This document shows, piece after piece, positions 53,288 to 62,800 of a stretch of 64,000 nt of DNA. The notes below the pieces were generated by a model. The model searched no databases and was not told the origin of the DNA. It saw nothing but the letters and a program-made list of their open reading frames with translations. Source of the stretch: Bacillota bacterium. GTDB taxonomy: Bacteria > Bacillota > Clostridia > Acetivibrionales > DSM-1351. The translations under genes and the position numbers were made by a program. Positions within the stretch are counted from its first letter, which is position 1. Every line of letters starts with the position of its first letter. The stretch is from positions 163,628-227,627 of the forward strand of contig JAEXOY010000018.1 of NCBI GenBank assembly GCA_023439045.1, in the 5' to 3' direction.

Positions 53288-54766
53288 ATGCAGTATGTTG
53301 CTACTTTTGATATCGGTACTACAGCGGTAAAAGGGGTATTGATGTCCAGGGACGGCAGAAGTGTCTTGGAAAAGAGTATTACTCTTAAAACATTTTTTAA
53401 CGGTGAGTTCAAGGAGCAGTGTCCATTGGACTGGTACGCAGCATTCTGTGACATCTCACATTTATTTTTCAAGCAGGGTATTTCTCCCTCAGAAGTGTCC
53501 GGTATCATTATGAGTGGACAGATGCAGGATCTGATACCAGTTGATGCGGATTTACAGCCCACATACAATGCGATTCTATATTCCGATGGAAGGGCAGGTC
53601 TGCAGGCACAGGAGATTATGGCTGTAGTCGGCTTGGATGAAATAGAAAAAAGTACAGGTAATCATTTTGACGGTTCAATGCCGTTTCCAAAACTACTCTG
53701 GCTTAAGCAGAATGTGCCTGCTACCTATGAGGCTACCAAAAAGATATTAATCAGTTCGAAGGACTATGTCATAACAAGACTTACAGGAGAATTTGCTACT
53801 GATGTTACCTCCGCATCGACTGCAGGATTGATGGATATACGCAGTAAATGCTGGAACACTAAATGGATGCAAATTGCTGGGCTGGACTGCAATAAATTGC
53901 CTGCTATCCGCTATGCGAATGAAATGGCGGGCACGGTCTCAACGGCTGCTGCCGCAGAGAGCGGCTACATTGCAGGAACACCAGTTTATACAGGCACTGG
54001 TGATGCGGGAGCCACCACTCTGGCGAGTGGCATATCGATGGATGGAGAGTTTAACATTAATTTAGGGACATCGGGATGGATATCATGTGTTTCGGCTGAT
54101 GTCATGAAAAGGCGGGATGTATTTAATCTTGCAGCAATGCCGAGAGATGTATATATAAATGTAGTACCTTTTCTCAACGCGGGGAATGTCCATAAATGGG
54201 TAAGCAGTATACTAGCACCTGATGATTCGGTGATAGGGAAATATCAATATCTTGATAGGCTGCTTGAAGAAAGTGAAGCAGGAAGTCATGGGGTCATGTT
54301 CCTTCCTTATCTTACGGGAGAGCGGTTCCCTGTAATGGATACTGCAATCAAGGGCGGTTATACGGGAATTGTAGCCGGAACAACCAAGCAGGACATGGCG
54401 CGCAGCGCACTGGAAGGGGTTGCGTTTTCCATAAGGCAGGGTATGGAGTCTATAGGAAGTACTCCGAAGAAAATCTCTCTAATTGGCGGCGGTGCACAAA
54501 CAACTGTATGGTGTCAGATACTTGCAGATGTACTGGGGTATCCAGTAATTGCATACGGAAATTCTGAGTATCTGCCGGCGGCTGCAATTGCTGCTGCCGT
54601 TCTGATCGCACAAGGTGAGATGCCCGATTATGCTTCGTTTGTCAATGTGCTTCAGGGTCTGGGAGAATGTAATTATTACATGCCAATTCCCGAAAATGTA
54701 ATGCTGTATAATGAAATTTACCTGCGTTATCTTAAAGTTTATCCTGCGCTTAGATCCATTTTTTAA
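53288..54766 (+). CDS. FGGY-family carbohydrate kinase (xylulokinase-like)
   Basis: DIGTTAVKG, SGQMQ, YSDGRA, PKLLWLK, GTGD, NLGTSGW, LPYLTGER, LEGVAF, IGGG. Start ATG53288 or GTG53279. Confidence 0.92.
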   Translation: MQYVATFDIGTTAVKGVLMSRDGRSVLEKSITLKTFFNGEFKEQCPLDWYAAFCDISHLFFKQGISPSEVSGIIMSGQMQDLIPVDADLQPTYNAILYSDGRAGLQAQEIMAVVGLDEIEKSTGNHFDGSMPFPKLLWLKQNVPATYEATKKILISSKDYVITRLTGEFATDVTSASTAGLMDIRSKCWNTKWMQIAGLDCNKLPAIRYANEMAGTVSTAAAAESGYIAGTPVYTGTGDAGATTLASGISMDGEFNINLGTSGWISCVSADVMKRRDVFNLAAMPRDVYINVVPFLNAGNVHKWVSSILAPDDSVIGKYQYLDRLLEESEAGSHGVMFLPYLTGERFPVMDTAIKGGYTGIVAGTTKQDMARSALEGVAFSIRQGMESIGSTPKKISLIGGGAQTTVWCQILADVLGYPVIAYGNSEYLPAAAIAAAVLIAQGEMPDYASFVNVLQGLGECNYYMPIPENVMLYNEIYLRYLKVYPALRSIF

Positions 54767-54798
54767 TTAAAAACATTTAATCCCGAAAATCTACTCAA

Positions 54799-54856
54799 GC
54801 CACGTTGAGACGGTGGTTCTGATGACAAGATGTGGTTCGGAGGATAAGAAGTAGGG
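54799..54856 (+). repeat. attachment-site-like direct repeat, copy 2 (detached rlmD 3' end)
   Basis: Encodes HVETVVLMTRCGSEDKK*, identical in protein to the rlmD C-terminus. Confidence 0.9.
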
Positions 54857-55299
54857 TTGGACCACAAGATATTGTGGTTAGCGGGGATGAAATTAGTTGG
54901 GTTTAGGATGAAAGAGATTTTATAGGCGTAAGTTCTTTACTATGCAATGTAGAGTAATCAGTGAGCAAAGGAAGCATGTAATTTAGCTTATCAAGGGCCT
55001 TGATAACAGGTAGGCTGTCAACTGTATACTTGTTGTATTTGGGACTTGAAAAATTAGGTTTTTTAGAATCTAAAGGTATATTTTTGCTATGAACAAAAGT
55101 AATTTATGGTTGCAAAAATAGAATTTGCGCAGGGGTTGTACAAAAGAGTGTAAATACATAAATATTTTATACCTATACTTTAAAATGAGGGTTGCAGATA
55201 TTATGTATACGAGTTAAAATGTCCATAGTTTCCTACTAAAATTTATCACTACAATACTTGACGACAAAAAAGTTATAAGGAACGGAAAAGGGGAATATT

Positions 55300-56100
55300 A
55301 TGGGAATTTTATTAGGTAAGACAGCAATTATAACAGGTGCAGGCCGTGCTGTTCTGAGTGATGGCCGCTGTGGTTCTATCGGCTATGGAATTGCAACAGC
55401 TTATGCCAAGGAGGGGGCAAATTTGGTCCTCACTGGTCGTAATATGAAAAAATTAGAGGATGCCAAGGAAGAACTTGAGCGACTTTATGGGATTAAGGTT
55501 CTCGTTCTTCAGGCGGATATCAGCGCTGGTGCTGACAACGAAGCTATTACAGTAGAAGTTGTAAAAAAGACCGTAGAAGCTTTTGGGCGTATTGACGTTT
55601 TGGTAAACAATGCCCAAGCCTCTGCCTCCGGTGTTACGCTAGCTGATCACACCACTGAACAATTAGACTTAGCTATTTACTCTGGTCTATATGCTACTTT
55701 CTATTATATGAAAGCTTGCTATCCCTATCTAAAAGAAACCAAGGGTAGTGTCATTAACTTCGCATCAGGAGCAGGCCTGTTTGGCAACTTCGGACAGTGC
55801 TCTTATGCTGCTGCAAAAGAAGGTGTTCGTGGACTGACCCGTGTTGCTGCGACTGAGTGGGGTAAGGATGGTATAAATGTCAACGCCATTTGTCCACTGG
55901 CATGGACCGCTCAACTGGAGCAGTTCAAAAATGTATATCCAGAAGCGTTTGATGCCAACGTTAAGATGCCACCTATGGGCAATTATGGTGATGCTGAATA
56001 TGATATTGGCCGTGCCTGCGTGCAGCTTGCTTCTCCTGACTTCAAGTTTATGAGCGGCGAGACAATCACGCTTGAAGGTGGATTGGGTCTAAGACCGTAA
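55300..56100 (+). CDS. SDR oxidoreductase, 12alpha-hydroxysteroid dehydrogenase-like
   Basis: TGAG...SIGYGIA, TGRN, NNAQASASG, S-YAAAK triad, C-terminal MSGETITLEGG. Closely resembles clostridial 12alpha-HSDH sequences as I recall them; not searched. Confidence 0.75.
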   Translation: MGILLGKTAIITGAGRAVLSDGRCGSIGYGIATAYAKEGANLVLTGRNMKKLEDAKEELERLYGIKVLVLQADISAGADNEAITVEVVKKTVEAFGRIDVLVNNAQASASGVTLADHTTEQLDLAIYSGLYATFYYMKACYPYLKETKGSVINFASGAGLFGNFGQCSYAAAKEGVRGLTRVAATEWGKDGINVNAICPLAWTAQLEQFKNVYPEAFDANVKMPPMGNYGDAEYDIGRACVQLASPDFKFMSGETITLEGGLGLRP

Positions 56101-56189
56101 GCTTGACAGAAAAACTTATATTTTCAAATGAGAGTGTCAATTGAAATGACGTTTAGGATGGCTAATTTGCAAATAATTTCCTAAAGTCT

Positions 56190-56236
56190 AAAAAAGCAAC
56201 TTGTAGAATTATTCTATTTATAGTTGCTTTTTTTTA
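56190..56236 (+). terminator. terminator after the SDR gene
   Basis: aaaaaagcaact / agttgctttttt stem plus U tract. Confidence 0.65.
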
Positions 56237-56484
56237 TTGCTTATTGAGTATGTTTGAAAAAGAACTGATAGAGTGGTAAAATTGTGTAAAATGTATTGAT
56301 ATGGATTATATATATACTATTATTAATTGCGAGAACAAGAAATGAGCAGTATCAGTATGAGGGAATACAGGTTATAGATATAGCTGAATGGTTGAATAAG
56401 CTAAAATAATTGCATAGTATATTTGATTTTGAGAAAAATACCCCCTGGCCAAGGCAGGTAAAAAAGTTGACTTGTTCCCGTCGA

Positions 56485-56607
56485 TTTGCCCTGCCATTAA
56501 CACTGCGTTTTATTGATTTAAAATATAGTGCAATCGTTTGCTGTGCCGTTGCAACATTTGCGGTAATTCGGGAAGGGCATTTTATACTAACAGGAGATGA
56601 GAAGTAA
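56485..56607 (+). pseudogene. C-terminal fragment resembling clostridial CDP-alcohol phosphatidyltransferase-family proteins
   Basis: FALPLTLRFIDLKYSAIVCCAVATFAVIREGHFI recalled as that family's C-terminus; N-terminal part absent. Confidence 0.4.
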
Positions 56608-56678
56608 AATGGATAAGATTAAAACTTCGATTCGATAATATAAGTAAACGTTAATTACATTGGAGAAGGAGTGAAATT

Positions 56679-57094
56679 ATGACTACAGATGAGTTGCATA
56701 ATCTAATAAAGGAAGAACAGCCAAATATATGTCAATTTGTAGCATATAGAGATAATGAGAAAGTATATTCTGATTATTGGAATGATTATAAGAAAGATGA
56801 TTGTACGCATATAATGTCTGCTACAAAAAGTATAATCTCTTTACCATTGGAATTGCCTTAGATAAAGGGCAAATAGGAAGTGTTGATGATAAAGTTTTGG
56901 ATTATTTTCCTGATTATAAAGTCAAAAGAGGAGAAAAAACGATTTACAATATTACGATAAAACATTTGTTAACCATATATATTAATTCAGAAAAGAGTAT
57001 TGTAATAGCTGTTTCATCATATTTTAAACCCACTATACTTGATAGAGTTGATTTCATTCAAGAAAATATTGAACCTTTTATTAGTGCGATATAA
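56679..57094 (+). pseudogene. serine hydrolase (beta-lactamase superfamily) pseudogene
   Basis: SATK (SxxK), then a frameshift near 56843 into IGIALDKG...VLDYFP...ITIKHLLT, joined directly to the C-terminal IYINSEKSIVIAV segment (middle deleted). Confidence 0.75.
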
Positions 57095-57351
57095 ATTCCA
57101 ATATGCGGAGGTGGATTGATTGCGTACATATACATCGGATGAATATTACCAGTTAAGCAAAACGCTTCCTCGGGGACAATGTATAAACTGTTGAACAATA
57201 TCAAAAAACGTATTATGATATAGCTTGGAATATGTGGTATTTATTACAGTTAAAACTATTGCAAAAACGATTCAATAATAATTCCTTGGACATAAAATAT
57301 TGATAAGCATAATTTACATATGGATTAAAGAATAGAATAAAGGAGTTGGGT

Positions 57352-58098
57352 ATGAAAGTTGCAATTTGCGATGATGATATAAAGCAGCTTGCTATCATAA
57401 AAGCCGCAATGAAAAATTATGAGTTGGGGCATAACGAATATACCTACGAAATAGAATGCTTTGACAATCCGCTTGAGTTTATGAAGCGCTCAGAGGAAAC
57501 AGACGGCTATGATATTTTGCTTATGGATATCTGTATGCCTGGTATTTTGGGTACCGATATTGCGAAAGAAATCAGGAGAAAAAAGCAGAGAAGTGAAATT
57601 GTTTTTTTGACTACAAGTTCAGATTTTGCGGTGGAAGCATTCGCTCTCAAGGCTGCACATTATGTGGTCAAGCCCTTTACGGAAGAGCAATTTACCGAAG
57701 CTCTGGACAGAGCTATGGAAAAATTCATAGGCAAACAAAATAAGAATATTAATATAAAACTTCACAACGGGGACTTGAGGTTTATTGAACTCAATGAAAT
57801 CATGTACGTGGAGAGTTTTCGACATACACAAAGCATATATTTGAAGAGCGGCGAAAGCATTGAGGCAAGGGAGACTCTTACTAAGCTTTCATCTATGTTT
57901 GATGAGGTAGCCAAAGGGCAGTTTATATGTCCATATAAGGGCTTTATTGTCAATCAGAAAAGCATCCGGGGGATTGAACCTGATAAGGTTATTCTAAAAA
58001 ACGGCAAGGAAATCCCCATAGTTAAGCGCAATTTTACTGCAATAAAGCAGCAATATTTTAGTTTCATGTTTATAAGGGAGGCTGGTAAACATGGATAA
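57352..58098 (+). CDS. LytTR-family response regulator
   Basis: Receiver ICDDD, LLMDICMP, FLTTS, YVVKP; LytTR IMYVES...YKGFIVN. Confidence 0.93.
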   Translation: MKVAICDDDIKQLAIIKAAMKNYELGHNEYTYEIECFDNPLEFMKRSEETDGYDILLMDICMPGILGTDIAKEIRRKKQRSEIVFLTTSSDFAVEAFALKAAHYVVKPFTEEQFTEALDRAMEKFIGKQNKNINIKLHNGDLRFIELNEIMYVESFRHTQSIYLKSGESIEARETLTKLSSMFDEVAKGQFICPYKGFIVNQKSIRGIEPDKVILKNGKEIPIVKRNFTAIKQQYFSFMFIREAGKHG

Positions 58099-59365
58099 TC
58101 TTCTCCTTGCCAATGTTTTGCGAGGTGATGTTTCGATCATTCTTAATACTATACTTATTTGTTCACTTGTTGAATTTAAGTACAGTAAAAAGGTTACAAT
58201 CGCTATTTTAACTGCAGTCTGTGCCTTGATCATCATTTTGAATAACTATCTATATGTTTTTTCTGATTTAACAACTGTGGGCAGATACAGTATTTGCGTT
58301 TGGCTTCTAGTCGGCATAGGTTTGAAATTTCTGAGTACTGACAGTATTATGAAATGGTTATTTAATGTAATTACCTCAATAAATGTTTTATTCTTTATAA
58401 CAGTTATAAGTTATGTTTTATCGCGCTCGCTACCGTATCCTATGTATGCACACACAGCAATTCGCATTGTTCTATATATTATTTTTATCATATTATTTAG
58501 GAAATTTGTGTATCCCCTCTATCGTCAGGTGGCGGATCGATGGAAGCAGTTTTTAGCGGTTACAGTGGGGATAATGCTAAATTTTGCATATATATTATTT
58601 GCCTCTAAAGATATTGCGGAGACAATTACGCAAAACTTAATAGCTATTCTATTACTATCAGGCTTGATGTTCCTTGTTTACGCAGCGTTGCTATGGTCGT
58701 TTCAGAGCGTCATACAGGAATATAAATTCCGTACCGAAAGAGATCAGGCGAGGTTGCATGATGAACTGCTTTACTCACAGCTTGCGGCACATGAAGAATT
58801 CTTTGAAGCCTCAAAACGCAACCGTCATGATTTGCGGCATCATAATCAAATTATCATGGAATACCTTAAGTCTGACGATACACAAGGAGCTGAGGAATAT
58901 TTGCAGCTTTATGATGCAAGCCTCACAGAAACCGCTGCAACAAGCTATTGCAAGAATCACATTGCAAATGCGGTGCTATGTCTGTATGCTCAAAAGGCTC
59001 AAAAGGAAGATATCATCTTCACCGCAAATGCGGACATTCCTCAAGATCTAGCTATGATGCTACCTGAGTTTGGCAGTTTACTTTCCAATATTCTTGAAAA
59101 TGCACTAGAAGCCTGTCTAAGGATAAGCACTGATGAGCGCTTTATAACTTTTATAGCCGAAGTTGAAGAGGACAGTTTGAAAATAGAGCTGCATAACTCA
59201 GTAATCGGCAAGGTAGAAATCAGAAACAACCTTCCTGTTTCTACTAAAAAAAATGGTGGTTTAGGTACAAAGAGCGTGCTACACATTGTAGAGAACTATC
59301 ATGGCATGCTTAATTTCCATCAGGAGGGAGACACCTTTATCACCCAAATTATTCTGCCTGCATAG
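58091..59365 (+). CDS. membrane sensor histidine kinase (AgrC/VirS-type GHKL)
   Basis: About 6-7 TMs, H-box RHDLRHH, N-box SNILENALEAC, G-box STKK.GGLGTKS; overlaps the regulator by 8 bp. Confidence 0.92.
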   Translation: MDNLLLANVLRGDVSIILNTILICSLVEFKYSKKVTIAILTAVCALIIILNNYLYVFSDLTTVGRYSICVWLLVGIGLKFLSTDSIMKWLFNVITSINVLFFITVISYVLSRSLPYPMYAHTAIRIVLYIIFIILFRKFVYPLYRQVADRWKQFLAVTVGIMLNFAYILFASKDIAETITQNLIAILLLSGLMFLVYAALLWSFQSVIQEYKFRTERDQARLHDELLYSQLAAHEEFFEASKRNRHDLRHHNQIIMEYLKSDDTQGAEEYLQLYDASLTETAATSYCKNHIANAVLCLYAQKAQKEDIIFTANADIPQDLAMMLPEFGSLLSNILENALEACLRISTDERFITFIAEVEEDSLKIELHNSVIGKVEIRNNLPVSTKKNGGLGTKSVLHIVENYHGMLNFHQEGDTFITQIILPA

Positions 59366-59378
59366 TTTACATAAGTTT

Positions 59379-59424
59379 AATAGAGCCGTATAAAAACAGC
59401 TTATTGTTTTTATACGGCTCTATT
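59379..59424 (+). terminator. terminator after the kinase gene
   Basis: aatagagccgtataaaaaca / tgtttttatacggctctatt perfect 20-bp inverted repeat. Confidence 0.85.
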
Positions 59425-59442
59425 TGTGCCTGCACATTTTGC

Positions 59443-59474
59443 CGTCTTGTGCAGAATTATGTACGTTTTGTGCA
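59443..59474 (+). promoter_or_regulatory. candidate LytTR-binding direct repeat
   Basis: cgtcttgtgca (59443) and cgttttgtgca (59464), 21-bp period, ~30 bp upstream of a TATTCT -10-like hexamer; no good -35. Confidence 0.6.
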
Positions 59475-59559
59475 AACTACAAAAAAAACGGTCTTTTTTG
59501 CACTATTCTATAGTTAAGAACGAATGAAATATTACTTTAAGGCATTTTGAAAGGAGCTC

Positions 59560-59775
59560 ATGCATATGCCGCTAAACTGCATTGACCACACAAAGGAAGT
59601 GGAAAAGAGAATATCTGCGATTACAACAAGTCCGAGGGACATCTGTTCCTTTTATAAGCCACGGGATATGTGCCTTGCACCATTGAAGGAGTGCTGGTAT
59701 TGCAGATATGCTTCATTTGACTTTGAGAGTAAAGACCCGGGTAAGGGTGGATTTTGCAAATTTAAAAAGCTTTGA
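59560..59775 (+). CDS. small cysteine-rich hypothetical protein (71 aa)
   Basis: SD GAAAGGAG; six Cys including C..YKPR..C...ECWYCRYASF...FC. Confidence 0.65.
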   Translation: MHMPLNCIDHTKEVEKRISAITTSPRDICSFYKPRDMCLAPLKECWYCRYASFDFESKDPGKGGFCKFKKL

Positions 59776-59867
59776 TTTTTTGTACAATAAATCATCCAGA
59801 TACGGACAGGCTGTAATTTGTGCCTATCAAAGTAACCAAAAAATACATACTTGAAAGGAACAAAATA

Positions 59868-62800
59868 ATGAGAAAGCTAATACTTAGAATGCTTCTTGTA
59901 CTGTGCATATTGTTTATAGTGCTGACGAGCTTGGTTCTGGCAGAAGCGAATACTCCAACGGAGGTTGATAGCTTGTCAGAACTTCAAACCGCCATCAATA
60001 ATGCGACAGGCGACATGAACCTAAAGCTTGGCGATAGTTACAATAGTGAGGGAATGCTGACCATTGAAAGTAATTATAACTTCACCATCGACCTGAACGG
60101 CAAAACGATGAGAGGCAAAACGCTGGATAGCTATACTAAAGATACTAATACTCGTAATACTAATACTGCTATCGAGCAAAATGGCACCGGCACACTGACC
60201 ATTATTGATAGCGCTACAGGTGGCTTGGTTTATGCAAATACTTTAGATAATAATCCCGGCGCAATACATATCAAAAAGGGTAACCTTGAGATAAAAGGTG
60301 GAAAGGTGAACGGAGGTTATGGCGAAGCGATTTACTGTGAAGTCGATGGAAGGATAGCCATATCAGAGGACGCTTTCGTCACTAGCTCTTATGCTTACGG
60401 TGGTACCATTACTTTTGATAGTAGTGGTAGTACAGATAGTATTACCTTCCTCAAACTCACAGGTGGCACAGTTGAGAATACAAGCGTAGGCGGCACTACG
60501 ATTTATTCTTATGGTCCAAAATGGAAAGTTTCAATCCCAAGTGGCACACCTATTATCAAGGGTGCCAAGCAGGCAATGAACTATCCACCTGATTTGAGTG
60601 GCTATGCAGGCGTGCAAGTCACTGCGAGCAATGAATTTAGCGGTACACCTGCTACAGAGTACAGAGAAATTAACATCGCAAACTACAAATACCTTGCGTT
60701 TCAGGCCGCGTCAGTCATACAAGACGTTGCCGAAATTGATGGGAAAGGCTACCCCCTCCTGCAAACAGCGATTGATGCAGTTACCGAGGGGCAGACTATT
60801 AAGCTGCTCCGCGACATAACCATCCAAGGCGCTGTTAAAATATTAAATGGCACACCATCCTTCACTCTGGACCTAAACGGCAAAACGCTGGATGGAGACA
60901 GCCAGGCTGCTATTGAGCAAAATAGCACCAGTATGCTGACCATCATCGATAGCAGCGGTAACGACAGCGGTAGGGTCACTACCGCTGGTTATTCTACCGT
61001 AATACATATGAGAAGTGGTAATCTTGAGATCAAAGGCGGCACGGTGGCTACACCTGTTAACAGTACAGCGATCCACATAAGCTCCAAGTGCAGCGTTACC
61101 GTTTCTGGTGGCATGGTTAGTAGAGCTGATTATAGTACTGAAAGCGTTAATCTGATTTATATATTAGAGGGTACGTTGAACATCACGGGCGGAACAGTGC
61201 GTACGGGTGTAGAACCCGGCAACGGAGCCGATATGATTTACAACTTGAGAGGCACCGTGAACATTATGGGCGGCACAGTAATAAGCGGCAATGAAATCGG
61301 TGGAATTTGGAATGCTGGCACGTTGAACATCACGGGCGGCACGGTGAGCCTGGACACATATCCAATTAACATACCGGCAGACGATTGTGTCACAAACATT
61401 TCGGGTGGCACGATTAGCTCAACTGGGAATACTATTGTTATCAATAATAATGCTACGTTGAACATCTCAGGCGGCACGATTAGCTCAAGAGAAGGTACAG
61501 CTATTTACTTTTGTAACAGCACTAATAACATCGGGAAAATTAAAATCCCAAGCGGTAATCCTATCATCAGTGGCAAAAAAATGGCAATGAACAAAGCTCC
61601 TGACCTGAGCGACTATAACGATGTGATGATTACTGCAAGCACCTATGACCCAAACGGCGTAAATTCTGTGGGTCCGACTACCAAGGATAATATTGATACA
61701 GATGCGGAAGTTCAAACTTACAAATATCTAAAGTTTGGGCAAATCACCCCATGCACAATTACCTATGACGCTAACGGTGGCAGTGGTACGATGGCAAACG
61801 GCTCTGCTATACAAGATACAGCATTCACACTGCCTGTCAGCAGCTTTTCCGCACCCGACGGCAAGCGGTTCAAGGCCTGGGCAATCGGCAGTACTGCTGG
61901 TACACAGGTAAATGCGGGCAGAAGCTATACCTTTACGGCTAATACCACTGTCTATGCCGTGTGGGAGGATATTCCCACGGATTACGTCGCCGAAATTAAT
62001 GACTGGGGCTACGATACCCTGCAAAAAGCAATTGATGCAGTTAACGAGGGACAGACCATTAAGCTGCTCAGTGACATCGCCCTTACAAACACTGTTACCA
62101 TAGACAGTGGCAGGCCGTCGTTTACTCTCGACCTAAGCGGCAAAACGATAGACGGTAACCTTAATCCCGCCATCGATCATAAAGGAAACGGCACGCTGAC
62201 CATCACCGACAGCAGTACGGGCGCAACCGGTAAGGTCACCACTGCAGGCAATCAAACTTTTGCGAACTATGGTAGACTTATTGTTGCCGAAGGAACGGTA
62301 GGAAATACTGCCGCAGATCAGGGCAGAACCATTTCCAACAACTCAATAAAAGCCACAGTTACCGTTTCTGGCGGCACGGTAAGTGCGACCGGCAGCAACG
62401 GCACGGCGATTTACAGTTCCAGTGGCAAAATTGTTATCCCAAGCGGTACACCTATCATCAGTGGCAAAAAAATGGCAATGACCAAAGCCCCTGACCTGAG
62501 CGGCTATGAAGATGCGAAGATTACGGCAAGCAAAACTGATTCGAAAGGCATTGGTGCGGTTCCGATTACCAAGGATGATATTGATACAGATGCGGAAGTA
62601 CAGTATTACAAATACCTAAACTTTGGGCAAAGCATCGCACCCGCAACCTATACCATCACTTATAATGCCAACAGCGGCAGCGGTACAATGGTAAATGGCT
62701 CTGCTACACAAGATACAGCATTTACACTGCCCGCCAGTAGCTTTAACGCTCCTAGCGGTAAGCGGTTCAAGGCTTGGGCAATCGGCAGTGCTGCTGGTTC

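Larger units (their letters stand above)
47182..54856. mobile_element. genomic island integrated at the rlmD 3' end (no intact integrase in it)
   Basis: Flanked by duplicated rlmD 3' ends; carries an IS remnant and a catabolic operon with visibly more C/G-ending codons than the core genes. Confidence 0.75.

Noticed and set aside
54988..55006. Inverted repeat ttatcaag-ggc-cttgataa upstream of the SDR
   Set aside because: Single 8-bp palindrome ~190 bp from the predicted promoter with no cognate regulator; insufficient evidence.
57092..57112. taaattccaatatg motif at a gene end as a possible cassette boundary
   Set aside because: Only one clear copy in the window; no array to support it.
60598..62103. 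Short ORFs listed in the track within 60.6-62.1 kb
   Set aside because: All lie inside the long frame starting at 59868 and are off-frame or antisense shadows.
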